From the NCBI RefSeq assembly GCF_963506605.1, contig NC_083276.1, positions 79,050,001-79,114,000 of the forward strand: a DNA stretch of 64,000 nt, in the 5' to 3' direction. This document shows, piece by piece, positions 1 through 12,864 of the stretch (within the stretch, counting starts at the first letter, position 1; the number at the start of each line of letters is the position of its first letter). A program made the translations under genes and the position numbers. Origin of the DNA: Zootoca vivipara (lineage: Eukaryota). The notes under the pieces were generated by a model, which saw nothing but the letters and a program-made list of their open reading frames with translations, was not told the origin of the DNA and made no database searches.

Positions 1-502
1 AGAAGGAGGAGGATTAAGTCAATATGATAAGAATAAGATTTTGAATTAGAAAAGAAAACCCGCCATAATTAATTGAAGAAGTTAGGAATTCCAGGAGGAA
101 GAGAACCGGGGAAGCCACAAGCAAACTGTTAAGAGAATAAGACTTGGAATTTATATTTTTTTCTTTTTTCTTTTTCTTTTTTCCTGTTTTTTCCTGTTTT
201 TCTTTTTTTTTCTTGTTGTCAATTAAAGTGTTATATTGGAGAATTAGCTGGGGGACAAACCAAACCCCAGAGATCCTCCGCCCCTGTCCTCTCAGTGGCA
301 GGGGGGGGATGAGGGGGGATGAGGGAGGGGGGAGGTCAAACCCAGCTTAAAAATGGACCCCTTTGTTTCCCAGTGCCCATGGGTATCACTGGTGGCAGAA
401 GTGGTCTTGTGGGTGGAAGGCAAATGAAGGGACTGAGCTTATTTTGTATGTTTTGTATGTTTTGTTTCTTTAAAAATCAATAAAAATTATAATAAAAAAA
501 AA
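1..502 (+). mobile_element. LINE (L1-like) 3' UTR remnant
   Basis: T-rich and G-rich 3' UTR, AATAAA at ~479 followed by an A tail. Confidence 0.45.
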
Positions 503-749
503 GAGAGTGTTGTTTTCTCAGGACTATCCAGTGAATAAATGGCCACGTAGGCATAGCCAAAGAAGAGAAAATGCATCAGAAGGACAAAGTAAGACACACA
601 AAATGTGCACATCCTCATTTATATGTGTAGATATACATTTAGAAATAAATGCAATTATTTAATGGGAAATATAATGCACTCCACCTTAGGGGTAAGACAC
701 TAACCAGGTGATTGGTGTGCTTGCTGTACAAGTGCTGTGTGCTAACAGT

Positions 750-1080
750 GTGCTCTAGTGGTTAAAGTGTTGGATTAGAACAGGCACCCCCCAACTCAGC
801 CTTCCAGATGTTTGGGGACTACAATTCCCATCATCCCTGACCACTGGTCCTGTTAGCTAGGGATGATGGGAGTTGGAGTCCCAAAACAGTTGGAGGGCCG
901 AGTTTGGGGATGCCTGGACTAGAACCTGGGGGAGCTGGGTCAAAAACCCCCACTGAGCTATAAAGCTCACTGGGCCAGTCACTGTTTCTTGGCTTAACCT
1001 ACCTCACAGGGTTGTTGTGAGAATAAATGCAGATGGGGAGAAGCATGTGTGCTGTCTTGAGCTCCTTGGAGGAAAAGGGG
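750..1080 (+). mobile_element. Old tRNA-derived SINE
   Basis: CTAGTGGTTAAAGTGTTGGA head and CCTACCTCACAGGGTTGTTGTGAG core; interrupted by the MITE at 781. Confidence 0.5.
781..916. mobile_element. 136-bp hAT MITE (same family), nested in a tRNA-derived SINE
   Basis: Same TIRs; TSD GATTAGAA / GACTAGAA. Confidence 0.85.
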
Positions 1081-1901
1081 GCTTTCCCAGCTGGATAAAT
1101 GGCTCCTTACCATGAGTGTCCACTATGTTAAGATTTTAGTTTTGTTTTAAATGTATTTGCTTTTGTGCTTTTAACTGGGTTTTTTAATGTGTAAATTGCC
1201 TTGAGATGGAGGTCTAGAAGGTGATTCATAAATCTATTGTAACAGCAGCAACAGCAGCAGCAACATAAAATAAATGGATAACTGTTGACAGGTGCTTCAA
1301 AACCCCTGCTTTCTCTTCTATGGCTTCCGTGGGAAACCCTTCAAAGAACAGAATGTCCTCTGGCACTCTTTCAAATAGAAACATGGCTGCGCTACCAGAG
1401 AGCTCCATTTGTGAGCAGGGATTTTTCCACATTCAGATTAAACACTTCATAACACCATGTTTGCCCTCTTGCATTTTAAAACTCCATTTTCATTCTGCAC
1501 CTGAGTCCCTAGGGAGATGCACTTGCCTTGGACTTGGGGGGGGGAATCTGTCCTTATTTTGCAAGGAAATGCCCTACAGGGCATGCCACAATGACCTATA
1601 CGTTGTCTATTAATTTTACAATGTTTGAAGCAGCCCCCCCCTGTCTCCTTCAGATTTCATCCCCCCCCTCCCTCAAGAGACATCAGATTGCCCATCTATT
1701 CTCCCCCTCAGGAAATAAGGAGAAGAACAAGGTGAATAAGGTCACGTTTCCTCATTTGTCATGTTGTGGGTGGAGCAGGTCTTGCTGCCAGGTGTATGTA
1801 TGTGTGTGTGTATATATATATATATACCTGAGCTGTGCAGTTCAGGATCCCAAACAGCTTGCTGCTTATTGTAACCCATATTCAGAGCGTTCTTTGCCAC
1901 C

Positions 1902-4325
1902 ATGAAGCCAGCGCTTGTCCTTCTGCTCATCACCCTGGCATGTTGCTCCTCCTCTGGTAAGCATTACTAATGGCCTTCATTTCCTCAACAAACTGAAGGA
2001 GCAAAAATAGAACAATTCAGTGTAGTGTCTTCAGAAGGAACATTAGTAAACAAAGTGCCAGAGAGCCTCTGTGAAATGAACTCCAAAACCAGGACCCTTC
2101 AGGCATCGGGATCTTCCGGCAAACGGTACCACCTGCCCTCAGGTAGGTACACATGTGGCCAAATGCAAAGAGTTGTATTCAGCTGAGTTCTACGCACACC
2201 CATTGAAATTCAGGAACCTAAATTCATCCTATCCATTAACTTCAATGGGTCTACTTTGAGTAGAACTAGCACTGAAAACCACCTGATATGTGGAAAGGGG
2301 TCAGTTATGGATACCACTAGTAGCAAGTTTATGAGTCTGGATGGTTAGAGTGTGGGACAGCTGCATATTCCTGCACTGCAGGGGGTTGGACTTGATGATC
2401 CTCAGGTTCCCTTCCAATTCTCTGATTCTATAAAATTACTGGCTCTGACTGTTTTGATGCGAATTAGCAAGGATTGCTTGTGCATCTGGGAGAACAGTTG
2501 GGTTCAGAGGTTGTGACAGCAGAAGGAGCGTGAATAAAAGAAGTGTATGGGTTCAGGGAGAAGAAAGAATAGCTTTCAAAAAGGCTGGTAGTAGTATTCT
2601 GGAATCATGACCCACCTACTTACTTCAGGGAAATGGGGTGGTCCTCTCAGTGCCCAGAACAAGGAGACAAGGAGTTCTCCTGGACTAACTCCCAAGGGCC
2701 CTGCACTCAAGCACAGCCCAACCCAACCCAAGTTCTCTCAGGTGCAGATCCAATTGTGCTTCAAGGGGCTTAAAGGTAAAGGTGAAGGGACCCCTGACCA
2801 TTAGGTCCAGTCGTGACTGACTCTGGGGTTGCGGTGCTCATCTCGCGTTATTGGCCGAGGGAGCCGGTGTACAGCTTCCAGGTCATGTGGCCAGCATAAC
2901 TAAGCCGCTTCTGGTGAACCAGAGCAGCGCACGGAAACGCCGTTTACCTTCCCGCTGTAGCGCTACCTATTTATCTACTTGCACTTTGACGTGCTTTCGA
3001 ACTGCTAGGTTGGCAGGGGCAGGGACCGAACAACGGGAGCTCATCCCGTCGCAAGGATTCGAACCGCCGACCTTCTGATCGGCAAGCCCTAGGCTCTGTG
3101 GTTTAACCCACAGCACCACCTGACCCACGTCCTTACTCCCTTACTCATGAGGCTTACTCCCTAGTACCAGTAATTGTGTTTAGTTGCTTTTGTGCTCCTG
3201 CCTGGCAGCTCACAGGACTGAGCTCAGAAAGATCCAGTTTATGTTGGCTCTAGTAGTGACATCTGCATTCTGTGGTGAGCTCCAGTGTCATACTCAATGG
3301 CATCCAATTTAGAAGTTACTCAGTTCACAGGAAAGCTGGGCCAAAGTGGCTTTTGTGTTTTCTGGGGGGAGGCAGTGCTATGTGGAGGAAGCTTAATGTT
3401 TGAACGTTCCTTCCTGAATACACCACCTCCAGTGAGTGTGCCACCCTTTCATCATGGCTTCATGTCCCTGGCATGCAAACATAGCAATGAGCGAGTAAGC
3501 ATTACAGTCTTCCCTCATGTAGTGTCAGCAGAAGGAGGAGTGCTTCTCCCACCACAACTCTACAGAGTTGTAATTGGTATGCACACCATATAAGAGGTAG
3601 TGCATTCTCAGGTGAGTCACTACAACGGGTTTAAATAAAGCATGGATTTTTTAAAGAAATCTGGTTTTTATTTTTATTTTCTTCCTAGCTTCTTCTCATC
3701 AGTGTGCAGCTGTTCAAAATATTATGTCTCTAATGCTTCATGGATCACAGTCCGATGTGAAGAGTGCTCTTGAAAAACACTCTGCTTCATTGCTTGCAAT
3801 AACTGCTATAGCCACGTTGAAAAATAGTGTCGACAAATTGTCACAGGAGGAAAAAAATGGCTGGAAGACACTGGTGGTAATTCTGTCATTTTTTCTTGCT
3901 TGTTTTTTCCCAGGTTGAAGATTACAAACAGGTTCAGAATTTTCAAACTTTATCTACAGTCTGTTTGTAAAAAAATATATTACAGTACAGATCAAAAGTC
4001 AAACAGCCCTCTCTGTACACAAATCTATGCATAATCTCTCAATTTACACAGTATGCCTGTAAAATTATGAGGAAAGCCCAGGTCTGCCCACACTAAAGCT
4101 GGTCAACTGTTCCAATAGTCCAAGTCACAAAAAGAAGGCAAAGATATTCATTATTTCCACTTATCTGCCATGACGCAATTTCATACGCTTGGGGAAGCTG
4201 GAAGCTTATTAATACTTTTGTTCATCAAAAAGTACTCTGTGCTTTTGTCTCCTGCTTCTTTTACACTTCAACACCCTGTACTGACCTACATTTCATTTCA
4301 GGAAAAAGTGATGGAAAAATGCTAA
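1902..4325 (+). CDS. Secretoglobin-like protein, cluster gene 1 (88 aa); exons 1902-1956, 3689-3876, 4302-4325
   Basis: Kozak GCCACCATG, (TA)n TATA at ~1811-1826, GT-AG introns, coding exons 55/188/24 nt (the 55/188 split is the uteroglobin-family layout). Translation: MKPALVLLLITLACCSSS-ASSHQCAAVQNIMSLMLHGSQSDVKSALEKHSASLLAITAIATLKNSVDKLSQEEKNGWKTLV-EKVMEKC*. Confidence 0.88.
2772..3132 (-). mobile_element. Sauria SINE (Podarcis-type) in intron 1 of gene 1
   Basis: Reverse complement gives a tRNA-like head (GTGGGTTAAACCACAGAGCCTAGGGCTTGCCGATCAGAAGGTCGGCGGTTCGAATCC) and an (ACCTTT)n tail. Confidence 0.88.
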
Positions 4326-4861
4326 GTCTTCTAGGAATTATGTTCTTTGGATGAAGCCCAGATAACTCTACATCCTGACTGCCAGCATCAGTTGCGGAGA
4401 AATACTGCTCATCAACCTATTTTTTCCCCTTCCTTCTCTCTTGTATTGTCATTGATGAAGAAGCTTCATTTCCCCTGTGAGGCAATCATCATTATGCTGC
4501 AGAAAAACTTGAGAATTTTTATGCCATGTTCTTGAATCTTTCATGCTTGAATCACTGCCTTGCATTCCTGTGCTCAGGATTCATTTCTAAATTTGTATGA
4601 TGAATACCTTTTGTCACAGACAGTGCCAGATTTACGTATAAGCTAAACAAGCTATAGCTTAGGGCCCCACTCTCTTGCCCCCCCCAATATACTTCTTCTT
4701 AATTGTATTTCACTATTTATATACTTCTTAGTTGTATTTCAGTTCAACATTTGCTTTGATAAAATACACATTTTGTTATGTGCAAATGGCTTTAGATACC
4801 TATGAGGTCCATAAATTGCCATAAATTAACACCTGCCCTGTGGAACGCCCCCCCCCACCAG

Positions 4862-4951
4862 CATAGCTGCCAAGTTATCCCTTTTTTAAAGGGATTTTCC
4901 ATTATGCTGAATAGGCTTCCTCGCGAGAAAAGGGAAAACTTGGCAGCTATG
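4862..4951. mobile_element. 90-bp MITE
   Basis: CATAGCTGCCAAGTT...AACTTGGCAGCTATG TIRs; TSD CCCACCAG. Confidence 0.82.
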
Positions 4952-5551
4952 CCCACCAGAGGTCAAAGAGAACAACAATTACCAGACCTTTAGAAGGCAT
5001 CTTAAGGCAGCCCTGTTTAGGGAAGCTTCAACACAAAAAACAGTGACAATTTGTTGTTGACAAAGGAGAGCTGGACATATAAAGGGCCCCTTTACCTTCA
5101 GTAGCTTAGGGCCTCATCAAACCTAAATCCGCCCCTGGAGACATCTGAAGTAGTTCATGTGCTCATCGAAAGGGGGTGCTGTCAGACCACTAAGTCAAAA
5201 GCCTAACATTACTTAACTGTACCACTTTGCCACTCCGAGAAAACAACTCTGCCTTTGCATAATCTACTTCATAGGGTTATGGTGAGAATGGAACGCTTAG
5301 AAACTCCTGTGAGTTTCTTAATGTATAAACCAAGCTATAACTGTCAGAAAAGCATCTATATCTACCTGACATGTTTTCATTTTTCATGTACATGGTTTTC
5401 AAATGCTGAATTAGTTTCACATGCCCTCAGGCTTGCACGCCATATCTCTGATTTCCTCCAAAACTCTGTATAAAGAAAATAACCATCTGAATATGTCTTT
5501 GATGGCATACAAACAAAATCTGAGGACAATAGAAAATTAGCAATGAATGAA

Positions 5552-5879
5552 GAACTTGGGTTTAAAACGAATATTTTGTAGAATTCCCAGGAGGAAAGTA
5601 AATGGATGCAGTGGGAAAGTTTAAAACTTTGAAGCCAGGAAGGAAGAGAAGGGGAAGTCAATCGGGATAAGATGACATGAATATGGATATTGAAATGAAG
5701 ATATAGAAGCTAGACCGATAAATATGGCAGAAGATAGGACAAGTTTTATTTGAATGTTTATGATTGTTTATTTGTATATTTTTTGGTTGTTGTGTATTTT
5801 CTGTTGGAATTTTAATTGACTGTTTTGTTTTATAATTATTTTAAATTCAATAAAGGTCATTTTAAAATTAAAAAAAGAA
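5552..5879 (+). mobile_element. 5'-truncated LINE (L1-like) 3' end with poly(A)
   Basis: 21-bp TSD AGAAAATTAGCAATGAATGAA (5531-5551, 5880-5900); AATAAA and A-rich tail. Confidence 0.75.
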
Positions 5880-6279
5880 AGAAAATTAGCAATGAATGAA
5901 ATTAAGTTAGTGCTGCTGGAAAGGTAGTGAGATCAGGAAAAGTTAGTGCTCATTAACAACTGCAGAATAGGATGGTAGATTTTGCAAGGATCAATAGCCA
6001 TAAGGTTTTCATGGTTATGATGTGGCAGTGGTGGTGGTGGTGGGGAACAGAAAAGAGCAGGGGCCAGGCAAGCTAGAGCCTACCAGCAACTTACCTTCTG
6101 TGTTGGAGGTGACCAAGGGTGAGTGAAAAGCCTAAGGTGGACAGGGGCAGAGGAAGGGCTAATCTGGACCCTCCAATATTTTATTCAAGTTGGCACCCCT
6201 GCCAAAATAACTAATGGGTATAAATAGCAAGGAAGCATTTGTGTTAAGAACTGGTGAATAGGATCATGAGGTTTACAAA

Positions 6280-6585
6280 GATCAGTGGCTGTAAGATTTT
6301 CACGGTTACAAGGAGCAAATGGTTGGGGACTGAGCAGGAGAAGAGGCAAAGGCAGATTATTCCGTAGCAAGGTAAATAGAAAATGATCATCACAGCCCTA
6401 GGCATTGTAAACCGTCAAAAATGTCTCGACTTTGGCAAGAATCGATAGCACAAATGCTGCTTCTAAATTATTCAGGTCATTAAGCGATTACAGTACCTAA
6501 ATTAAAGGATTAGTTTGTGTACATGGACTTTTCTTCTTTGGGAATTGATTTGGACCGAGGCATGTGTGCTTTCACTCATTTATGC
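6280..6585. promoter_or_regulatory. Cluster-specific conserved non-coding block, copy A
   Basis: Alignable by eye to copies B-D; core TTCTAAATTATTCAGGTCATTAAGCGATTA. Confidence 0.6.
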
Positions 6586-6626
6586 TTTGGTGACCTCCTC
6601 AGAAAATTAAACTGGTACTAGCTGCC

Positions 6627-6629
<3 letters not shown>

Positions 6630-6700
<71 letters not shown>

Positions 6701-6807
6701 AGATTAAGGGCTTCAGATTGCGCACTTTAATGATGGAGTAGCATTTGAAGGAGGAGGGGAATTAAGAGACAAAGCTTCTCCATCAGCCATCTACCAACAG
6801 GACAGAT

Positions 6808-6863
<56 letters not shown>

Positions 6864-6987
6864 GGTGATCCTTCTGATGGGTGAGTCCAGCAACACTCTA
6901 CACATCTTTTCCTGTAGCAGGCAGGTAGCTGACAAGGTGGAGATGGAAAGAAATTTCTTTTCATGTTGGTGGAAATGCTGGAGAGAA

Positions 6988-7058
<71 letters not shown>
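6630..7058. repeat. Microsatellite cluster (TG)n(AG)n, (CA)n, (CT)n(GT)n
   Basis: Read directly at 6630-6697, 6811-6862 and 6990-7058. Confidence 0.95.
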
Positions 7059-7061
<3 letters not shown>

Positions 7062-8674
7062 AGGCCATGAGAACACAATTACACCTATTTGCATGTAGGA
7101 TGTTGTTCACCTTTATATCTCCCAATGCAAACTTTTCTTTGAAATACTTAGAAATAAAAGCATGCTTGGAAAGCACTTTAACTTAAAACACACCCCAAGC
7201 ACCCAGGGTGAATAGCACACGGCTCCTTTGCAGGAAGGGTGGAATAAAACAGCCAGTCAGTAAATAAATAAATAAATAACTAGTGATGTGGTAGTTAGGC
7301 ACAATTAACATCTGAATTTCAAAGTGTGCCAAAACCAGGAATAAAAGTAAAGCGTGCCTGTGGCCAAATTAACTGCTCCTTCAGAAAACAAACCGCATGC
7401 CAATATCAAGAGAAGAAATGTCAATAGCTAAGGAAATCCCTTAATGATAGAAACAAATCCCAAACGAAATCTGTATTAGGGGGTCTTTCCATAGGTGTAT
7501 TTTATTCCCTTAAGAATATTGATAACATCTTAGGTAGTAGTGAGGTCCACCGGAGTCGTGGAACCATTTTATTTAAAGGGACACTAATGTTTAAAAGCCT
7601 TGAGAGTGCTTTCTCTGTTCACATTAGACAAGCTGCTACTGTGATTGTATTTTATAACAAAAATTGGCACCGAAAAAGCCCAGGTCTGAAAAATAATAGG
7701 AGACCCCCACAAAAAAAAAAAAACAAGAACACAACTGTCTGGCAACCGCTTTGTATGAATCCCCATAGAAAGTGAGTAAACAAATGATGGCAGTTCCAGG
7801 AAAAAGAAGACAGAGGTGACAACTGTGTGCCTGTCACAACAATGTAATGTCCTCAAACTTTATTTAAGATCTGAAGAGGAGCCTTGCTTTGGTTAGTTTT
7901 CCAAAGCTTCATCTGTCTCCCCATCAACTATAATGGAGAGATCAGCAAATGGGTTTAATGTGTCAAAACTGGATGAAATTTGCAGGCATAGTAGTCTTCT
8001 GAGTGGATGAAGCCTACTAAGTATCAGATGAATGTGTGTAAGGTTTCGTATTGTCCTAGGTGCCTTAAAGATGATATTGGGTAAGAGTGCTGATTTCTTC
8101 ACCTCTGCCATTACTTTCCCAAGAAATTGTTTGAAATAGAACACTATCCTTTCAATGCTCCTGCTTTATTGTTGATGGGGTTAGTGGGTGACATTTTATT
8201 GAAATATATCAGATACAAGGATTCCAGAGAAAACCCAACTCAGCAGATCTTGGTGTTGTTATTTCCCTTGGGGGATTTGAAACAGCTCTCGTTGTTAAAA
8301 TGGGCTTAGAAAATTCCAACTCGTTCTATGCTGTGTACAACTACGTCTGGTCATGGCTGTTGCCAGTGCGGATGGCAGTCCTTGTGGCTGCTAGGTTTCC
8401 TCGGACTCTTCAACATGTCATAGCTTCATAGAACGGAACAGAGGCTCACATATTTGAAACTGGCTGGAGGGCTTGTTTCCCTGTGTGTCCTTGCTAAGGG
8501 AATATGCAAGGAAGGCAAGTGCGAAGGAAGTCTGGTGACCTGCCATGCTCTGTTGAGGGAGGAGTCAGTCTTGTAGCCTCTTATATATATCTCCCTCTTT
8601 CTCGGTTGTGCGCTTTAGGTTCCAAAGGAAGTCACAAAGCATTCGACTATTCCTAGGAAGCGGTCCTTGCAGCT

Positions 8675-11621
8675 ATGAAGCCAACCCTTCTCTTTCTGCT
8701 CCTCATCCTGGCATGTAACTGCAACTCTGGTAAGCATCCGTAATGCCATGCAAGACTCTCTGCCTGAAAACACTGTAGAGTAGGGTTTCTCAAGCCTTCT
8801 ACCCCTCAAGTCCCACCTGACACGGCTGAAAATTACTGTCACAAAGTGGTGGTGCAGGGACAGAACCAGCCGCAAAACGATAGCAGGGAGACGCAGAGCT
8901 TAGCATAACCGACTGGCAATCATGGACGCCATTCTCTACTGATATCTTATTGATCTTTGGACGTTGCTACATTTGCGTTATACACAGAAGGTCCCAGTTT
9001 CAGCCTCCAGCACCTCTAGGCAGGGCTGGCAAAGACTCCTTGTCTGAAATCCTGCAGAGTTACGGCCGGTCAGGGTAGACACTACTAAGTTAGTTAGTGG
9101 CTTGATTTGGTGTAACGCAGCTGCCTGCGTTCCTACTGTTTTGCTCTGGAGATATTGCAACTCAGCCTCTGCATTTTTGGCAGAATTTGCTGATTAGGAA
9201 GCTATAAGCAGAAAAGGCTTTTTCTTTTATATTTTTCTCTTCTCGCTCCCCGTATTCTATAGCCTTTTAAATGTGTTTGTGGGAGGTTTTGTTGTTTCTG
9301 TGTTAACTATTTATTTGTGCTTTTATCTAGTGTTTTTATTTTGTGAACTGCCTTGAGATCTTTTGAAGGATGGTATATAAATCTAATAAGGAATAAATAA
9401 TAATAATAATCAAGCCATACACTGTTTACAGTAACTATTTTCATTGTACATTTAAAACTCCAAAAATCTGAAATAAAATGTATGTGAAAAATTATTTCTT
9501 AAATCGCTAGCTATTTAGTGTTTTTGTTTTGTTTTGTTTGTTTTGCTTTAATGCAGCTTTCTCCATCTGTGAACCTGTCAAGTCTTTCGTAAAAGCGGTG
9601 CTTTTTAAATCGGATGATGAAGTTGAGAAAGAAGTTTCTAAGCACACAGAAGACAGTGATGCCAAGAATTCTGTATTTAAATTGAAAGCGTGTGTCGGCG
9701 AATTAAGCCTTTGGCAAAAAGCAACTCTCCTTCCTGTGGTGGTAATTACATTTTGCTACAACTATCTAGAAAATTAAGCTAAGTCATTTGTGGGAAGTCG
9801 GGGAGAAGGAGAAATAGTTTTGTTCCCACTCTCTACCATGGGAAGCTGAGGTGGGGAGGGAGACAGATGGACAGGTGGTGGTGGAGGAAGTCACTGGCGG
9901 GGGGGTGGGGTGAAAGGCAACAAAAAGCAAAGCTTTCGAGTTCATGGTTCATTTTCTCTCCTGGCTTCAGAGTTGCTGATGCATCTCCTTGCCCAAAGGT
10001 GGAAGGGATTCTGTGGCGGGGATGGGGAATCACTGATTCAGCACCTTGCCACGGGTGCATGGAAGTCTAGGTACACCTTTGCACGCATGCATGCAATCCT
10101 TTAACTTTTAAAATCACATTTCTACCTTCATATTTCAGGTGGTGGACTACTTGTACAGCATAATTGTGTTTCTATGAGATAACTGGCTAAGCCAGTGGTT
10201 CCACTGTTGAATTAGTTCAACTAAAATAGTTTTAACTGGATAATAATAATAATAATATTTTTTAAAATTTATATCCTACTCATCTGGCTGTGTTTCCCCA
10301 GCCACTCTGGCTGGCTTACAACATATAAAACACAGCAAAATATCAAACATTAAAAAAAGATATCCTATACAAACCAATAAATCAATAAAAGCAGTAACAA
10401 CAACAACAACAACAATAATAAACAGTTTATAGTTATACCCAGATTAAAGTAACCACCAACCCCAACTAAACATTATTTTAACCAACACCAACCCAACAAA
10501 AAAGAAGCAGAGCAACCAAAATTAGAACCATTTAAAACATTTTAGCCAATTACCCCAACCCAAGAGTTGTTTCAGCAGTGTTCCAGTGGCCTCCTGGGAG
10601 CCTCTTTTAGCTGTTCAGGGTGAGTGTGGGCCCCACCCCCTGGGCCAGGTGGAAATGGGCCTTTCAGCAGGGAGTGGTCTATTTTGAATAATTGTGCAAT
10701 TAATTGTCACTGTTTTGAGTTTTATTTCATTCTTATCTTCCTTAGTGGGTCGTGCAAACCACTATTCTGAATGATGCTGTTTATAGGGCAGGGGATGCTG
10801 GGAATGAGTTCATGGGACTGGTGTGTGTGTGTGACCCAAAAGTTTGATAACCACTGAGCTAAAGAAAGATACATATATTGAATTAATTATGACTGAAGGT
10901 CCTACCTTTGTTTAATTCAATGGACAAAGTGGTGCTCATGAGGTGTAACTAGGGTGGCCACCAGGTGAAAAAGCAGGAGAGTGGCTCCTGCTCCTGCAAT
11001 AATTGTTTAGATGAAGGAATTCCAGCAGTTGTCACTTGCTACACCTGCAGAAATTCTACTACACAACTGTTAAAGGTACAGGAGTCCCACCCTCTTTCCC
11101 AACTGACCAGCCTACTGACTCTCTTGCTTGGTAGAACGCCAGTGAATACCCATGAGTCTTTGGGTCGTATCTAAGCTGCTGTTCAGCCCATGCAGAAGAC
11201 TTCCACTTGTGAAACTTCCCTCTTATCCCCTGTAGTCCACCACGCAGGTGCCTTCAAAAACTGCTCCAGAGGGTTGGAGGATCCTTCAGAAGAGATTTTG
11301 AGAGTGGGCTGGGAGGGGAAAGGGAAGCCCTGCTGCATAAACAGAATTCCATTGAAAAGTAACAGGTAGATATCAGTGTGAGTAGTATTCTGGTTTCTAG
11401 TATATGAAGAAGAGGCACGGTGCTCCTATAGCTCTCAGATCAAGGCTAGCACCAGTATAGTAAGGGTGTAAAAACTTTTTTTAAAAAAACTTAATCATCT
11501 TTCCAGACAATATATAGCCCATTTTGTTAGGTTGGGATGACACCGGCACTTTATCCTGAGCTTTCACCTGTTCTTTCAATTTCAGAGGAATGTGATGGAG
11601 AACTGCGACTCAATCCAGTAG
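8675..11621 (+). CDS. Secretoglobin-like protein, cluster gene 2 (91 aa); exons 8675-8729, 9557-9741, 11586-11621
   Basis: TATA ~8582-8590; exons 55/185/36 nt with canonical splice sites; ATTAAA at 11811. Translation: MKPTLLFLLLILACNCNS-AFSICEPVKSFVKAVLFKSDDEVEKEVSKHTEDSDAKNSVFKLKACVGELSLWQKATLLPVV-RNVMENCDSIQ*. Confidence 0.87.
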
Positions 11622-11978
11622 CTTCAGTTTCCAAAGGAAATCTACAGCAACACTACAGGTCAACAGCCAGATAAAGCCAATTGCAAGTTGCTTCCGTTCC
11701 TTCTCGCTGATCAAGAAGCCCCATCTTTCCTTTAGAGTGCATTCATCATGATCTACAAAACTTGAAGAAGCCTCCTATAATATTTCTAAATCACTCAAAC
11801 TTCCTGTTTCATTAAACTCATTGCCTTGCATTCAAACTCTGCTTTGTGTATTCTTGATGACAAGTGCTCTTTGCTCGCCCAGTGAACTGCTGGGAAGGAA
11901 CACAAACATTTTGGTTGCAAAGCTGACTTCATAGCAGTCACTTGGGTGTCCGTAATATGCCATGCTACATGGCTGGTA

Positions 11979-12300
11979 GAATAGAATAGAATAGAATTAA
12001 TTTATTGGTCAAGTACCAACCACACTTGGAATTTTGCTTCAACTACATTGCAATGTAAGAAAAATGTACCTCATACAAACACTATTCCCCTCACAATACA
12101 ACAGCACAGCGAAAAAACCACATACCACCAACTGACCTCCCTTTCGCCCACAACTACAGATTCAACCATTTGATGGCACAAGGATAAAAGCTATTCCTGT
12201 GCCTAGACGTTTTTGTATATAGAGTCCTGTACCGACGTCCGGATGGGAGTAAATCAAACAGGTGATAGCCAGGAAGCGAAGGGTCTACAGCAATACTTGT
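11979..12300 (-). mobile_element. LINE 3' fragment (Rex1/Babar-like)
   Basis: (AGAAT)n tail; the minus strand reads as a degenerate RT C-terminus (...FDLLPSGRRYR...). Confidence 0.5.
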
Positions 12301-12595
12301 AAGAGTTTCATCTTCAGTCTGAAATAATTCTGCAGATCATTGGCCCAATGCAAGGGGTTATACTAACTAACCCAATACAAAGAAGTCAAAATAGAACAGA
12401 ATTGTTGCTGGACTGCCCTAATTTCAGGGACAAGATAAATTGTGAGCTAAGCCTTCCATCCACTTACCACCTGGTCTTGCAATATGTGAAACAGCTTCAC
12501 TTCACGTGTTGTAGAATGTAGGAGATGTAGAAACACGTGGAGATTACAATTTGTGATATGCTATAGTACAGAGTCTATATAGTATAGTACAGAGT

Positions 12596-12864
12596 AGTGA
12601 TGTATGGAAGTGAGAGCTGGACCATAAAGAAGGCTGACTCCCTGGAAAAGACCCTGATGTTGGGAAAGATTGAGGGCACTAGGAGAAGGGGACGACAGAG
12701 GATGAGATAGTTGGACAGTGTTCTCGAAGCTACCAACATGAGTTTGACCAAATTGCGGGAGGCAGTGGAAGACAGGAGTGCCTGGTGTGCTATGGTCCAT
12801 GGGGTCACGAAGAGTCGGATACGACTAAACGACTAAACAACAACAGCAAAACAACAACAACAAC
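12596..12864 (+). mobile_element. BovB (RTE) LINE 3' fragment, internally deleted
   Basis: GACTCCCTGGAAAAGACCCTGATG...ACGACTAAACAACAAC tail; flanking repeat ATAGTACAGAGT. Confidence 0.85.

Noticed and set aside
6783-7176. ORFs with HT/ER/CV/LS repeats (also 30473 poly-Ser and 32515-32806)
   Set aside because: Microsatellite translations.
10139-10178. Alternative exon 3 for gene 2 after TTTCAG (VVDYLYSIIVFL)
   Set aside because: No terminal Cys or paralogue similarity; 11586 (RNVMENC) matches the family.
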